This document shows positions 1-8,955 of a DNA stretch of 64,000 nucleotides, piece after piece (position 1 is the first letter of the stretch; every line of letters begins with the position of its first letter). Below the pieces are notes generated by a model. The model had not been told where the DNA came from. It saw only the letters and a program-made list of their open reading frames with translations, and ran no database searches. Origin of the DNA: an uncultured Hyphomicrobiales bacterium (GTDB lineage Bacteria > Pseudomonadota > Alphaproteobacteria > Reyranellales > JAQSWP01); contig CAYLYK010000002.1 of NCBI GenBank assembly GCA_964388115.1, positions 47,255 to 111,254 on the forward strand, given 5' to 3'. The position numbers and the translations under genes were made by a program.

Positions 1-291
1 GACCTCGACATCGGTCAGCCCGTTGGGCGTCTTGCGCATGATGCAGACCACCGAATTCTGGGTCTGATCATTGGCCGTCGCGCTGGTCAGCAAGGCCACG
101 CCGTAACTGGCCGTGCCCTCCGGCGCCACTACAATTTTGGGATTCTCCAGCCTGGCGGCCTTGGCGCAGCCCTGAACCAGCTCGGCGCGAAACTTATCCC
201 AGGAATCGGGCGACGAAGCCTGCGCCAGCACCGCCAAAGCGACAGCGCTGACGACAGCAAATCCCATTAGAATTCGTACGGTTTTCACCAT
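1..291 (-). CDS. Secreted hypothetical protein (3' end runs off the window)
   Basis: Hand-translated: MVKTVRILMGFAVVSAVALAVLAQASSPDSWDKFRAELVQGCAKAARL..., open to base 1. Sec-type signal peptide (AxA site) and a GAAGGAGG RBS upstream of the ATG at 291. Confidence 0.7.
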   Translation of the reverse strand, partial: MVKTVRILMGFAVVSAVALAVLAQASSPDSWDKFRAELVQGCAKAARLENPKIVVAPEGTASYGVALLTSATANDQTQNSVVCIMRKTPNGLTDVEV

Positions 292-471
292 GTCGCCCTC
301 CTTCTCTGTTGAGTGGATAGCGGCACAAAACCTGGAAAGTTCCCGAAATTCGCTGCTTGCGGGAACCAAATCGCCCCAACCAAAGTTTTACCACGCCGCC
401 GGCTTGTGCCGGGCCCTGCCGCATAGGCAAAATCGCCTCCCCGCAACAATCGTCAGTTTTTCCACCGCGCC

Positions 472-1497
472 ATGCCCCGCCGCTATCCCTGGACATCGTT
501 GCCCGACGAGGAATTGCTGCAGCTCCGCCTGCGCGATCTGAAGGTCACTGTCGAGGGCTCGCCGCTGCAACGGCGGATGAAGGAGCTCTATCGCGAACTG
601 GCCAGACGCAAGCTGATGATCAGGCCGCGCGCGTGGATTTCCGACGAGTGGTTCAGCCCCGACGACGCGCCCGGCATCGCCATCCCCTTCTATCTCGCCC
701 ACCCGCGCCTGACGCGGCTGGAGCGCAAGAAGATGATCGACGTCGAAGGCGGCAGCGTGTCGGAGTGCATGCGCATCCTGCGTCACGAAACCGGGCATGT
801 GATCCAGAACGCCTTCCAGCTGCATCGTCGCCGGCGCTGGCAGCAACTGTTCGGAGCAGCCTCGCAGCGCTATCCCCGCTACTACCGGCCCAACCCGTCC
901 AGCCGCAATTACGTCCAGCATCTGCCGCTGTGGTATGCGCAAAGCCATCCGGCCGAGGATTTCGCTGAGACCTTCGCCGTCTGGCTGCGTCCGCGCAGCG
1001 ATTGGCGGCGGCGCTATGCCGGCTGGCCGGCGTTGAAGAAGCTCGAATACGTCGATGAGCTGATGCGCGAGATCGCCGGCAAGAAGCCGGTGAAGACCAG
1101 TCTCAAGAAGATCGAGCCGTTGCGCGTCTTGTCGATGACATTGCAGGAGCACTACGAGAGGAAGCAGGCTTCCTATGCCGTCAACTTCCCCAAGACCTAC
1201 GATCACGATTTGATGCGCCTGTTCGCCAGCAACGAGCGCCATCCGCATGCGCCGGCGGCATCGACCTTCCTGCGCAAGAATCGCGCTCGCATTCGCAAAG
1301 CGGTGTCGCGCTGGACCGGCGAACATCAGCTGACGCTCGACACGCTGATGGACGAGATGATCGGACGCTGCCGCGAATTGAAGCTGCGCGCCGTGGGGCC
1401 GGAGCGCAGGCTGCGCATGGATTTCACGCTGCTGCTGACCGCCAAGACGGTTCATGCTATATATAGCCACTCGCGGCGGAAATGGTTCGCGTTATGA
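472..1497 (+). CDS. Putative zinc-binding metallopeptidase (zincin, Peptidase_Mx-like)
   Basis: HETGH (HExxH) motif plus downstream EDFAETF glutamate motif. Its stop overlaps the next start (ATGA at 1494-1497). Confidence 0.8.
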   Translation: MPRRYPWTSLPDEELLQLRLRDLKVTVEGSPLQRRMKELYRELARRKLMIRPRAWISDEWFSPDDAPGIAIPFYLAHPRLTRLERKKMIDVEGGSVSECMRILRHETGHVIQNAFQLHRRRRWQQLFGAASQRYPRYYRPNPSSRNYVQHLPLWYAQSHPAEDFAETFAVWLRPRSDWRRRYAGWPALKKLEYVDELMREIAGKKPVKTSLKKIEPLRVLSMTLQEHYERKQASYAVNFPKTYDHDLMRLFASNERHPHAPAASTFLRKNRARIRKAVSRWTGEHQLTLDTLMDEMIGRCRELKLRAVGPERRLRMDFTLLLTAKTVHAIYSHSRRKWFAL

Positions 1498-2525
1498 AGA
1501 AGCAACGCGTCCTCGTGCTGATGCACCCCGACCTGCTGCCGCCCGACAATGCGGAAAGCCTCAACGCGCGCGAGCGCAACGACTGGAAAACCGAATACGA
1601 CGTCGTCAGCACCTTGCGCGCGCGCGGCCACGACGTGCGACCGCTGGGCGTGCAGCACGAGTTGCGGCCGATCCGCGAGGCGGTCGAGGAATTCAAGCCG
1701 CACGTCGTCTTCAACCTGCTCGAGCAGTTCCACGGCGAGACCGCTTACGACCAGAACGTCGCGTCCTATCTGGAATTGCTGCGTATCCCCTATACCGGCT
1801 GCAATCCGCGCGGGCTGATGCTGGCGCGCGGCAAGGATCTGTCGAAAAAGCTTCTGACCTATCACCGCATCCCGGTGCCGGACTTTGTGGTCTTTCCGCT
1901 CAATCGCAAGGTGAAACGGCCGGCGCGGCTGAATTTTCCGCTGATTGTCAAAAGCCTCAGCGAGGATGCCTCGGTCGGCATCGCCCAGGCCTCGCTCGTC
2001 GACAGCGACGAAAAGCTGGTCGAGCGCGTGGCCTTTATCCACGAACGCATCGGCACGCACGCCATTGCCGAGCAGTATATCGACGGGCGCGAAATCTATG
2101 TCGGCGTGCTGGGCAACGATCGCTTACGCGTGCTGCCGATTTGGGAGCTGGATTTCGGCCGCATGGCGCCGGGCTCAAGCCGCATCGCCACGTTGCGGGT
2201 CAAGCACGACATCGATTACCAGGAACGGCGCGGCATATTGCAGGGCCCGGCCGCAGGCCTCTCGCCGGAGTTGCGCGCGCGCATGGTGCGCATGGTCAAG
2301 CGCATCTGTCGCACGCTGGAAATCGACGGCTATGCGCGCATCGATTTCCGCCTGTCGGCGGACGGCATTCCCTATTTCCTCGAAGCCAATCCCAATCCCG
2401 AAATCGCCCACGACCAGGAATTCGCCGAGGCCGCCAAGCACGACGGGCTTCCCTACCCCGAGCTGCTGGAGCGGCTTCTGCAACTGGGCATCAGCCGCGC
2501 CCGGGCGCTCGATTGGGCGGCCTGA
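1494..2525 (+). CDS. ATP-grasp ligase, D-Ala-D-Ala-ligase-like family
   Basis: VFNLLE, IPYTGC, IVKSLSEDASVGI, EQYIDGREIYV, ARIDFR and LEANPNP motifs. Start placed at the ATGA overlap. The canonical Ddl YDY/KY loop is not seen. Confidence 0.85.
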   Translation: MKKQRVLVLMHPDLLPPDNAESLNARERNDWKTEYDVVSTLRARGHDVRPLGVQHELRPIREAVEEFKPHVVFNLLEQFHGETAYDQNVASYLELLRIPYTGCNPRGLMLARGKDLSKKLLTYHRIPVPDFVVFPLNRKVKRPARLNFPLIVKSLSEDASVGIAQASLVDSDEKLVERVAFIHERIGTHAIAEQYIDGREIYVGVLGNDRLRVLPIWELDFGRMAPGSSRIATLRVKHDIDYQERRGILQGPAAGLSPELRARMVRMVKRICRTLEIDGYARIDFRLSADGIPYFLEANPNPEIAHDQEFAEAAKHDGLPYPELLERLLQLGISRARALDWAA

Positions 2526-2531
2526 CCTGAC

Positions 2532-3704
2532 CTAATAGGCCAATTCGAGGATTTCCTTCACTTCGGCCGGCGTTGGAATGGGCCGCGGGTTGCGCGGAAT
2601 CCAGGGCGTGCCCATCGCCTGGGTCGAGATGCGGTCGAAATGCTCCTTGCCGACTTTCACTTCCCGCAAACTGCGCGGCATCCCCAGGCCACGGATGAAA
2701 TCGTCCAGCACGTCGCCGGCATCGCGATTGGGCTGGCCCATGGCGGCGGCGATCAGTTTCTGCCGCTCGGCATTAGCCGATTTGTTCCAGCGCATCGCCG
2801 CCGGCAGCATGATGCACGAGGTGTGGCCGTGCGGGATGTCGAACACCGCGCCCAGCACGTATCCGATGCCATGGCTGGCGCCCATCGGCACGCCGGCGGC
2901 CAGCGGCGCCATCGATAGCCACGAGCCGATCTGGCAGTCGAGCCGCGCCTGCATGTCGTTGGGATCGGCTTTCACCCGCGGCAGGCCGCGCGTCAGCAGC
3001 GACAAGCCATGCAGCGCAGAGGCATCGCCATAGGGATTTGCCTCGCCGGAGCACACGCCTTCGACGCAATGGTCGACGGCGCGAATGCCGGTCGACAGCC
3101 ACAGCCACATGGGCGTGTGCACGGTGACCGCCGGGTCGAGCACCACGGCTTGCGGAATGACCCCGGGATGGCGGAACAGCTCCTTGACCTTGGTGCGCTC
3201 GTCGGTGACGCCGGAGATAGCAGAGAACTCGCCAGCCGAGAGCGTGGTCGGCACCGAGATCTGGCGCACCGTTGGCGGGTTCATCGGCGGCGGGCCCATG
3301 CTGCCATCGGCCTGCTTCACCGACCGCACCTTGTCGAGGTCTTCGGGCGTGCGAATGTCGTTGGCCAGGCACAGCTGAACCGCCTTGGCGCCGTCGGTGA
3401 TCGAGCCGCCCCCAAGCGTTACGATCAGATCGGCCTTGGCTTCGCGCGCCATCTCCGCCGCCTCGATCACGGCCGTGCGTGGTGTGTGCGGCGGCATACG
3501 ATCGAACACGCCGACGCAGTGGTTGCCCAGCGCCCGGCGCAGCTTCGCGATCTCGTCGGTTTCGCGATTGAGCGTGCCGCTGACCATCAGGAAGACGCGC
3601 TGCGCATCGAGGCTCTTGACCAGGGCCGCCACGGCTTCGGCCGCCGGCTTGCCGAACTGCACCTCGTCCATCTTGCTCAACACCACGCGACCCGACTGCA
3701 CCAT
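2532..3704 (-). CDS. Iron-containing alcohol dehydrogenase / maleylacetate reductase-like
   Basis: GGGSITDGAK, VPTTLSAGEFS, DHCVEG, SHGIGY and PHGHTSC motifs. CAGGAGG RBS before the ATG at 3704. Confidence 0.9.
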   Translation of the reverse strand: MVQSGRVVLSKMDEVQFGKPAAEAVAALVKSLDAQRVFLMVSGTLNRETDEIAKLRRALGNHCVGVFDRMPPHTPRTAVIEAAEMAREAKADLIVTLGGGSITDGAKAVQLCLANDIRTPEDLDKVRSVKQADGSMGPPPMNPPTVRQISVPTTLSAGEFSAISGVTDERTKVKELFRHPGVIPQAVVLDPAVTVHTPMWLWLSTGIRAVDHCVEGVCSGEANPYGDASALHGLSLLTRGLPRVKADPNDMQARLDCQIGSWLSMAPLAAGVPMGASHGIGYVLGAVFDIPHGHTSCIMLPAAMRWNKSANAERQKLIAAAMGQPNRDAGDVLDDFIRGLGMPRSLREVKVGKEHFDRISTQAMGTPWIPRNPRPIPTPAEVKEILELAY

Positions 3705-4029
3705 GACTTCCTCCTGACGCTTGTTGTTGGAACAAGCTTGGCTAGCTTCCAGGCGAGGCGCAATATGTTGCAGGAGAAACCTTTCTAGCAGGTCAAAATA
3801 ACAAAGAACTGTAGAAACCGTTTTGTGTCCGGGCTCTGCTCCGTCCCAAGCGGTCCAGCGGCGCAAATTTGGTATATTCGATTACCGACGACCGTCGCGT
3901 GGCAAATCACGGAGCGGATGCCTCCAACAACAACAAATTCTCGCCCTTGATGACCGGCAATCAAAAGCCTGCGGTGTAAATTGAGCTTATGCCCATCTGA
4001 AGAGCCAGTCACAATGCCATCAAGCGCCG

Positions 4030-4275
4030 GCCCGCCGAGCAGTTTGAACTTGCCCAGATCGGTGACTAGCCATCGGGATCGAAACCAGTCTCCTCGCCGA
4101 ACTCACGCCTGGCAGCGACAAGCGGATCTTCGTCCGGATCGATCAGGCCTTTCGGCAAGGACCAGGCGGCTTCATCTCTCTTTGCCCAGAACGGACCACC
4201 AGGATGGACCAGAAAAACCTCGAGCGTTCCAGCATGCCGCCTATACAGCAGGATGCCGGCACTGAGCTTCGGCAT
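4030..4275 (-). pseudogene. NUDIX hydrolase, truncated/frameshifted just after the Nudix box
   Basis: PKGLIDPDEDPLVAARREFGEETGF Nudix box, then TAG at 4066-4068. A shifted frame reads VTDLGKFKLLGG, resembling the expected continuation. Confidence 0.65.
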
Positions 4276-5777
4276 CAGCCGTAGACGAAGGCCTTATCGT
4301 CGAGATCGATCTTGGGGAAGATGTCCTTCTCGTTCCAGTAATCCTGGGTGTGCTGCCATTCCGGCTTCTCGCCGCGTTTGGGCAGCAAATGCATGCCGCG
4401 CAGCACATAGCCGGGATTGAAGTTCTCGGTGTCGATCCAGGGCAGCAGCTTCATGTCCTTGTCTTCGGGCCGCAATGCCACCTCGACCTTCCTGGCCTGC
4501 TTGTCTGCCATATGTGCCAGCAGGCGGCAGACGAAGTCGCTGACCAGATCGGCGCGCAAGGTCCACGAGGCGCGGAAATAGCCGAACACCCAGACCATGT
4601 TGGGCACGCCGGTAAACATCATGCCGCGATAGGTGACGGTGTCGGCAAAGTTCAGCTTCTTGCCGTCGATTTCGAAATCGATGTCGCCCAGCACGTTGAG
4701 ATCGAAACCGGTCGCCGTGACGATGATGTCCGCTTCCAGCTCTTGCCCGGATTTCAGCAAAATGCCCTTCTCGGTGAAGCGCTCGATCTCGTCGGTGACG
4801 ACCGACGCCTTGCCCGAGCGGATGCCGCGGAACAGATCGCCGTCGGGCACGAAGGCGATGCGCTGGCGCCACGGCCGATAGGTCGGGTTGAAGTGCTTGT
4901 CGATGTCGTAGTCGTTGCCCAGGAACAGGCGCACGGCCCCCATCAACTCTTCGCGCACCTTCTCCGGCTCCTCGAAGGAGCGGCGGGTGAAATTGGCCTG
5001 GTCGAAGAGAATCCGGCGACGCACGATCTCGTGGATCCAGCTTTCGTCGACCTGCAACTGGCGCAGCTCGTCGGCCAGGGTATTGGCGTTGCGCGCGGGA
5101 ATGAAATAGGTCGGCGAGCGCTGCAGCATGGTGACATGCTCGACATCCTCGCAGACGTTGGGGATCAGCGTCGCCGCCGTGGCACCCGAGCCGATCACGA
5201 TCATCTTCTTGCCCTTGTAGTCGAGGTCTTCCGGCCAGCGCTGCGGATGGACGATGCGGCCCTTGAACTTGTCCATGTCAGGCCACTCGGGCGTGTAGCC
5301 TTGCGAGTGCCGGTAATAGCCCTGGCACATCCACAGGAAGTTGGAGGTGAAGCGCAAGGTCTCGCCCGTCGCCAGATTGGCGACGTCCAGAGTCCAGAGT
5401 TTCTCCGTGCTGGACCACGAGGCCGACAGGATGCGGTGGCGATAGCGGATATGCGGCGCCAGATCGTTTTCGGCGATGACCTCGCCCATGTAGTCGAGGA
5501 TTTCCTGCGCCTTGGCGATCGGCTTGCCGGTCCACGGCTTGAAGCGATAGCCGAAAGTGTAGAGATCACTGTCGGAGCGGATGCCGGGATATTTATGCGT
5601 GATCCAAGTGCCGCCGAAGCTCTCCTGCTCTTCCAGCACCAGGAAGCGGGTGCCCGGGCGTTGCTTGGTCAGGTGATAGGCGCCGCCAATGCCGGAAATC
5701 CCGGCGCCGACGATCAGCACGTCGACGTGTTCGGCTTTCAGCGGCGCTGATTTGCTAGCCAGGGCAGTGTCGGGCAT
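4275..5777 (-). CDS. Flavin-containing monooxygenase, type I Baeyer-Villiger (EthA-like)
   Basis: GAGISG and GSGATA Rossmann motifs, GGTW, and FKGRIVHPQRWP BVMO fingerprint (FxGxxxHxxxW). Confidence 0.9.
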   Translation of the reverse strand: MPDTALASKSAPLKAEHVDVLIVGAGISGIGGAYHLTKQRPGTRFLVLEEQESFGGTWITHKYPGIRSDSDLYTFGYRFKPWTGKPIAKAQEILDYMGEVIAENDLAPHIRYRHRILSASWSSTEKLWTLDVANLATGETLRFTSNFLWMCQGYYRHSQGYTPEWPDMDKFKGRIVHPQRWPEDLDYKGKKMIVIGSGATAATLIPNVCEDVEHVTMLQRSPTYFIPARNANTLADELRQLQVDESWIHEIVRRRILFDQANFTRRSFEEPEKVREELMGAVRLFLGNDYDIDKHFNPTYRPWRQRIAFVPDGDLFRGIRSGKASVVTDEIERFTEKGILLKSGQELEADIIVTATGFDLNVLGDIDFEIDGKKLNFADTVTYRGMMFTGVPNMVWVFGYFRASWTLRADLVSDFVCRLLAHMADKQARKVEVALRPEDKDMKLLPWIDTENFNPGYVLRGMHLLPKRGEKPEWQHTQDYWNEKDIFPKIDLDDKAFVYG

Positions 5778-5934
5778 GGACCAACCTCTCGAAAGACGAA
5801 AGCCGCAGGATCACATATCCCCGGCGGCATTGAGCGTCGTGCAAATACTAGGGCATTCGGACGGAGGCGGCCTATGCCGATCATCGTCCTTCTATCGTCA
5901 CGCGAAACGCCAGAAGGTCGGTCAGCGTCCGGGA

Positions 5935-6804
5935 TCAATCTTCGCGGCCGATCGTGCGCCGGGGTGGCCGCTGAAAATTGCGATAGTAGAACCGGCGCAA
6001 GCCGCCCATCTGCGGCGCCTTGAAAGCGCGATCGGGCAATTCCGCAATCATGTTGATGTAGCGCCGTGGCACCGATGACGGGGTGCGGGGCTCAACCGCA
6101 TGCACGGATTGCACCGAATTGACGAAGCCCACCAGGCGATTGGCGGCGAAGTCGATGCGGCCGGCGCGTTCGACGCTGCTCCAGGGCGTTTCGTGCTTGT
6201 CGAATATGGGAGCGCCGCGATGGCGGTAGAGTTCCAGTCCTGCACCCTGCGAATCATCATCGGGACGGCGCATATAGAACAGACCGGCGAATATCTTGTC
6301 CGAGCGATCGATGTGGGCCGGCTTGACGCTGGTTGTAGCCTTGGTCGGTGTATTGACGACAAACTGACAGGCGAGCGCCACATCCGCCTCTTCAGGCGCA
6401 CCTCGCTGTTTTACCCGCCATTCTTCGAGCGGTCGGCCGACCCGCTCTTCGATGTTCGGATGCGCTTGTCGCAACAGCGGCCCGAAGACCCGCACAACAT
6501 CGCGCCAAAAATCCTGCGATACATGGTAGGCAAAAAACTTGCGCCATGCTTCCGTCGCCACTCCAGCAGTTTCCGCCTGGCGCAGCTCGAGGCGGACGGC
6601 ATAATTGTCAGGGACTTCCGACAATTCCCCGACAAAGGCCTCTAGAGGGGGGAAATCCCGCGCCAGGACCGCATAGTTGTCTTCGGGCAAAGCCTGGTCG
6701 AGCACGATATGGGCAAAGGGCTCCGCATCGACATCATCGCGTGAGGCCCGGCCAAGCACCGAAAGCGAGTTCTCCAAAACCGGATTTTCGGCCGCCACGA
6801 TCAT
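5935..6804 (-). CDS. 2OG-Fe(II) oxygenase superfamily protein
   Basis: HID (HxD), then LFY, distal SVHAV (His) and RRYIN (2OG-binding Arg). Spacing fits a DSBH oxygenase. Confidence 0.7.
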   Translation of the reverse strand: MIVAAENPVLENSLSVLGRASRDDVDAEPFAHIVLDQALPEDNYAVLARDFPPLEAFVGELSEVPDNYAVRLELRQAETAGVATEAWRKFFAYHVSQDFWRDVVRVFGPLLRQAHPNIEERVGRPLEEWRVKQRGAPEEADVALACQFVVNTPTKATTSVKPAHIDRSDKIFAGLFYMRRPDDDSQGAGLELYRHRGAPIFDKHETPWSSVERAGRIDFAANRLVGFVNSVQSVHAVEPRTPSSVPRRYINMIAELPDRAFKAPQMGGLRRFYYRNFQRPPRRTIGRED

Positions 6805-6876
6805 CTCCAGTACGAGCAGGTTACTAGTTGAAATATAGTACAGAACATTCGTGCAAAAATTGAGCTGCCACTCACA

Positions 6877-6890
6877 TTTTCATATGAAAA
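6877..6890. promoter_or_regulatory. Perfect 14-bp palindrome, candidate operator
   Basis: TTTTCATATGAAAA in the AT-rich spacer between divergent genes. Confidence 0.35.
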
Positions 6891-7071
6891 ATTGTCGCAG
6901 AGCCAGTGGCAGTCTCTGCTTTTTCCAGCTTCCGCTGTCGGAAAATCCATGGCGGGAAGCACGTTATGAGATTTTCCAACAGCCGCTGCGGCAATCGCCC
7001 CGCAAGTCCGCTTTCCACGCCAGCGTTCCATATCGGCTAGACTAGGATAGCAAAAACGAGGAGGCCATAGG

Positions 7072-7410
7072 ATGCCTTTTGCACGAGGGGGACAGGCGCT
7101 GGTCGCCGGCACGTTGGTGGCGATCATCGCATTCCACAACCCGCCCGCCGCCGCGGCGGATGCCGAGCGTGGACATCAGATCGCCAAATCATGGTGCGTT
7201 TCCTGCCACGTAATCGACAAGGCGGGGACGGGGACGAGAATTGATACGGCACCAAGCTTCCCGACGATCGCTGCCGATGCCGGGCGGTCCGACGCCCGCC
7301 GCCTTACCGCCTGGCTGTCGACGTCACACCCGACGATGCCCGATTTCAGCCTGGCGAGGGACGAGATCGCCGATCTCGTAGCTTACATCCGCACGCTTGG
7401 ACCACGTTGA
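7072..7410 (+). CDS. Small periplasmic monohaem cytochrome c
   Basis: Signal peptide, CVSCH haem motif, and HPTMP distal Met ligand. Confidence 0.85.
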   Translation: MPFARGGQALVAGTLVAIIAFHNPPAAAADAERGHQIAKSWCVSCHVIDKAGTGTRIDTAPSFPTIAADAGRSDARRLTAWLSTSHPTMPDFSLARDEIADLVAYIRTLGPR

Positions 7411-7560
7411 TCGACACGCGTATTCCGGCATAAGGCCACGAATTCCGCAAAGACGCGGGGGCGGACTCCATTTGGAGCCGTTCAACGTCGTACTCAAAGC
7501 GGCCGCGAACGAAAGATTGTTCAGCGTTCCGGAGGGCCCTCGAACCAACCGCGCCTGCGA

Positions 7561-8955
7561 TTACGACCTAAACTGCGCTGCCGATTCCCCGGCGATGCGA
7601 CCGAGCACGATCGCGGTTAGCAATCCGTTGCCCGACAGATAACCATCGACCGTCGAACCCGACAGGCCGCAAGCGGCTCCACCGCCAGCGAAAAGATTCG
7701 GTACGGCTCCGCCATCGGCACGCAATACGCGGGCCTGCGTATCTATCAGCAGTCCGCCCTGGGTGTGAAATAACGCGCCGGTTACCTTGACTGCGTAGTA
7801 CGGCGGCTGCAGTTGCGCCTTGCCGGTGAAGTTGCGCCCGAAGCGATCCTGCCCCCTGTCCAACGCCAGATCGCCTACGTGCTCGAGCGTGGCAGCGAGA
7901 GAATCCGGCGGCAGGCCGCACAGGCGGGCTAGCTCCGCAATCGTATCGGCATGGCGCATGGCACCTGCGGCGCAGGCGTTGCGATAGTCTTCGAATGTCA
8001 TGCCCAGCGCATGCAGGCGCTGGTCGTAGATGTTCCATGCCAGACCATCGGGTTGCGACAGCACAGACACCGCCTGCTCGGAATAGCCGCTGTGCTCGTT
8101 GGAAAACCGTTCGCCTTTGGCGTTGACCTGAAATCCGCCTTCCATCATCAGAGCCCAGGTGATCAACGCCTCCTGCGGCACGGCGACGGAACCGTGACCC
8201 TGATAAGCGCCCATGTGTTTGACGGCCGCACCCAGCGCCTGGCCCCAGCGCACGGCATCGCCCTGGTTGCCGATATGGCCGAAATATTTGGCGCCTGCCA
8301 TTTCGGGGATGAACTGCGCCACCATGGCTTTGTTGCCGCCGAAGCCGCTGCAGGCAAGAATCAACGCCGCGCAGCCGATGCTTTCCGAGCCGCCATCCGG
8401 CCGTTCGAGGCGCAGTCCGCGCACCGCGCTTCTCTCGTCGGCGACAAGATTGGTTACGTGGGCATCGGTAACGATGTCGATACCGACGGCTTCAATCGCT
8501 GCCAGTAAAGCTCCCATCAAGGCCGCCCCAGTGCGGGCGGGGACAGCATGCATGCGCGCCAGACCATGGCCAGGGTAGAGAAAGCCCTCGACCAGTTCGA
8601 AAGGCACGTTGTGCCTGCTTGCAAGCCAATCGATCGTCGGACCGGAGGCGAGACACACGGCATCGACCAGCGCCTGATCGTTCCGGCCTTTTGCCTTGTG
8701 CTGGATGTCCGACGCCATCAAGGCCGGCGTATCGGCTACGCCGCGCGCCCGCTGCATGGAGGTGCCGCTGGCAGGCACCATGCCCGAAGACAGCGCCGTC
8801 GACCCGCTCGGCATGGCATCGCGTTCGAACACCACCACCTGCGCTCCGGCATCATGCGCCGCCAATGCCGCCACCAAACCACAGGCGCCGCCGCCGACCA
8901 CCGCAATATCGACGCTGGCATCGAATCTGGTCGTGGCGGCCGGCAGGATGCTCAT
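7561..8955 (-). CDS. FAD-dependent oxidoreductase (fumarate reductase/TcuA/KstD flavoprotein family)
   Basis: GGGACG Rossmann motif, SGSTALSSG, ILACSGFGGN, TQGGL and YLSGNGLLTAIVLGRIAG. Start at the ATGA overlap with the upstream gene. Confidence 0.85.
   Translation of the reverse strand: MSILPAATTRFDASVDIAVVGGGACGLVAALAAHDAGAQVVVFERDAMPSGSTALSSGMVPASGTSMQRARGVADTPALMASDIQHKAKGRNDQALVDAVCLASGPTIDWLASRHNVPFELVEGFLYPGHGLARMHAVPARTGAALMGALLAAIEAVGIDIVTDAHVTNLVADERSAVRGLRLERPDGGSESIGCAALILACSGFGGNKAMVAQFIPEMAGAKYFGHIGNQGDAVRWGQALGAAVKHMGAYQGHGSVAVPQEALITWALMMEGGFQVNAKGERFSNEHSGYSEQAVSVLSQPDGLAWNIYDQRLHALGMTFEDYRNACAAGAMRHADTIAELARLCGLPPDSLAATLEHVGDLALDRGQDRFGRNFTGKAQLQPPYYAVKVTGALFHTQGGLLIDTQARVLRADGGAVPNLFAGGGAACGLSGSTVDGYLSGNGLLTAIVLGRIAGESAAQFRS

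Noticed and set aside
1494-2525. Housekeeping ddl or vancomycin-resistance vanA-type ligase
   Set aside because: No mur or van gene context, and the Ddl omega-loop signature is not recognisable.
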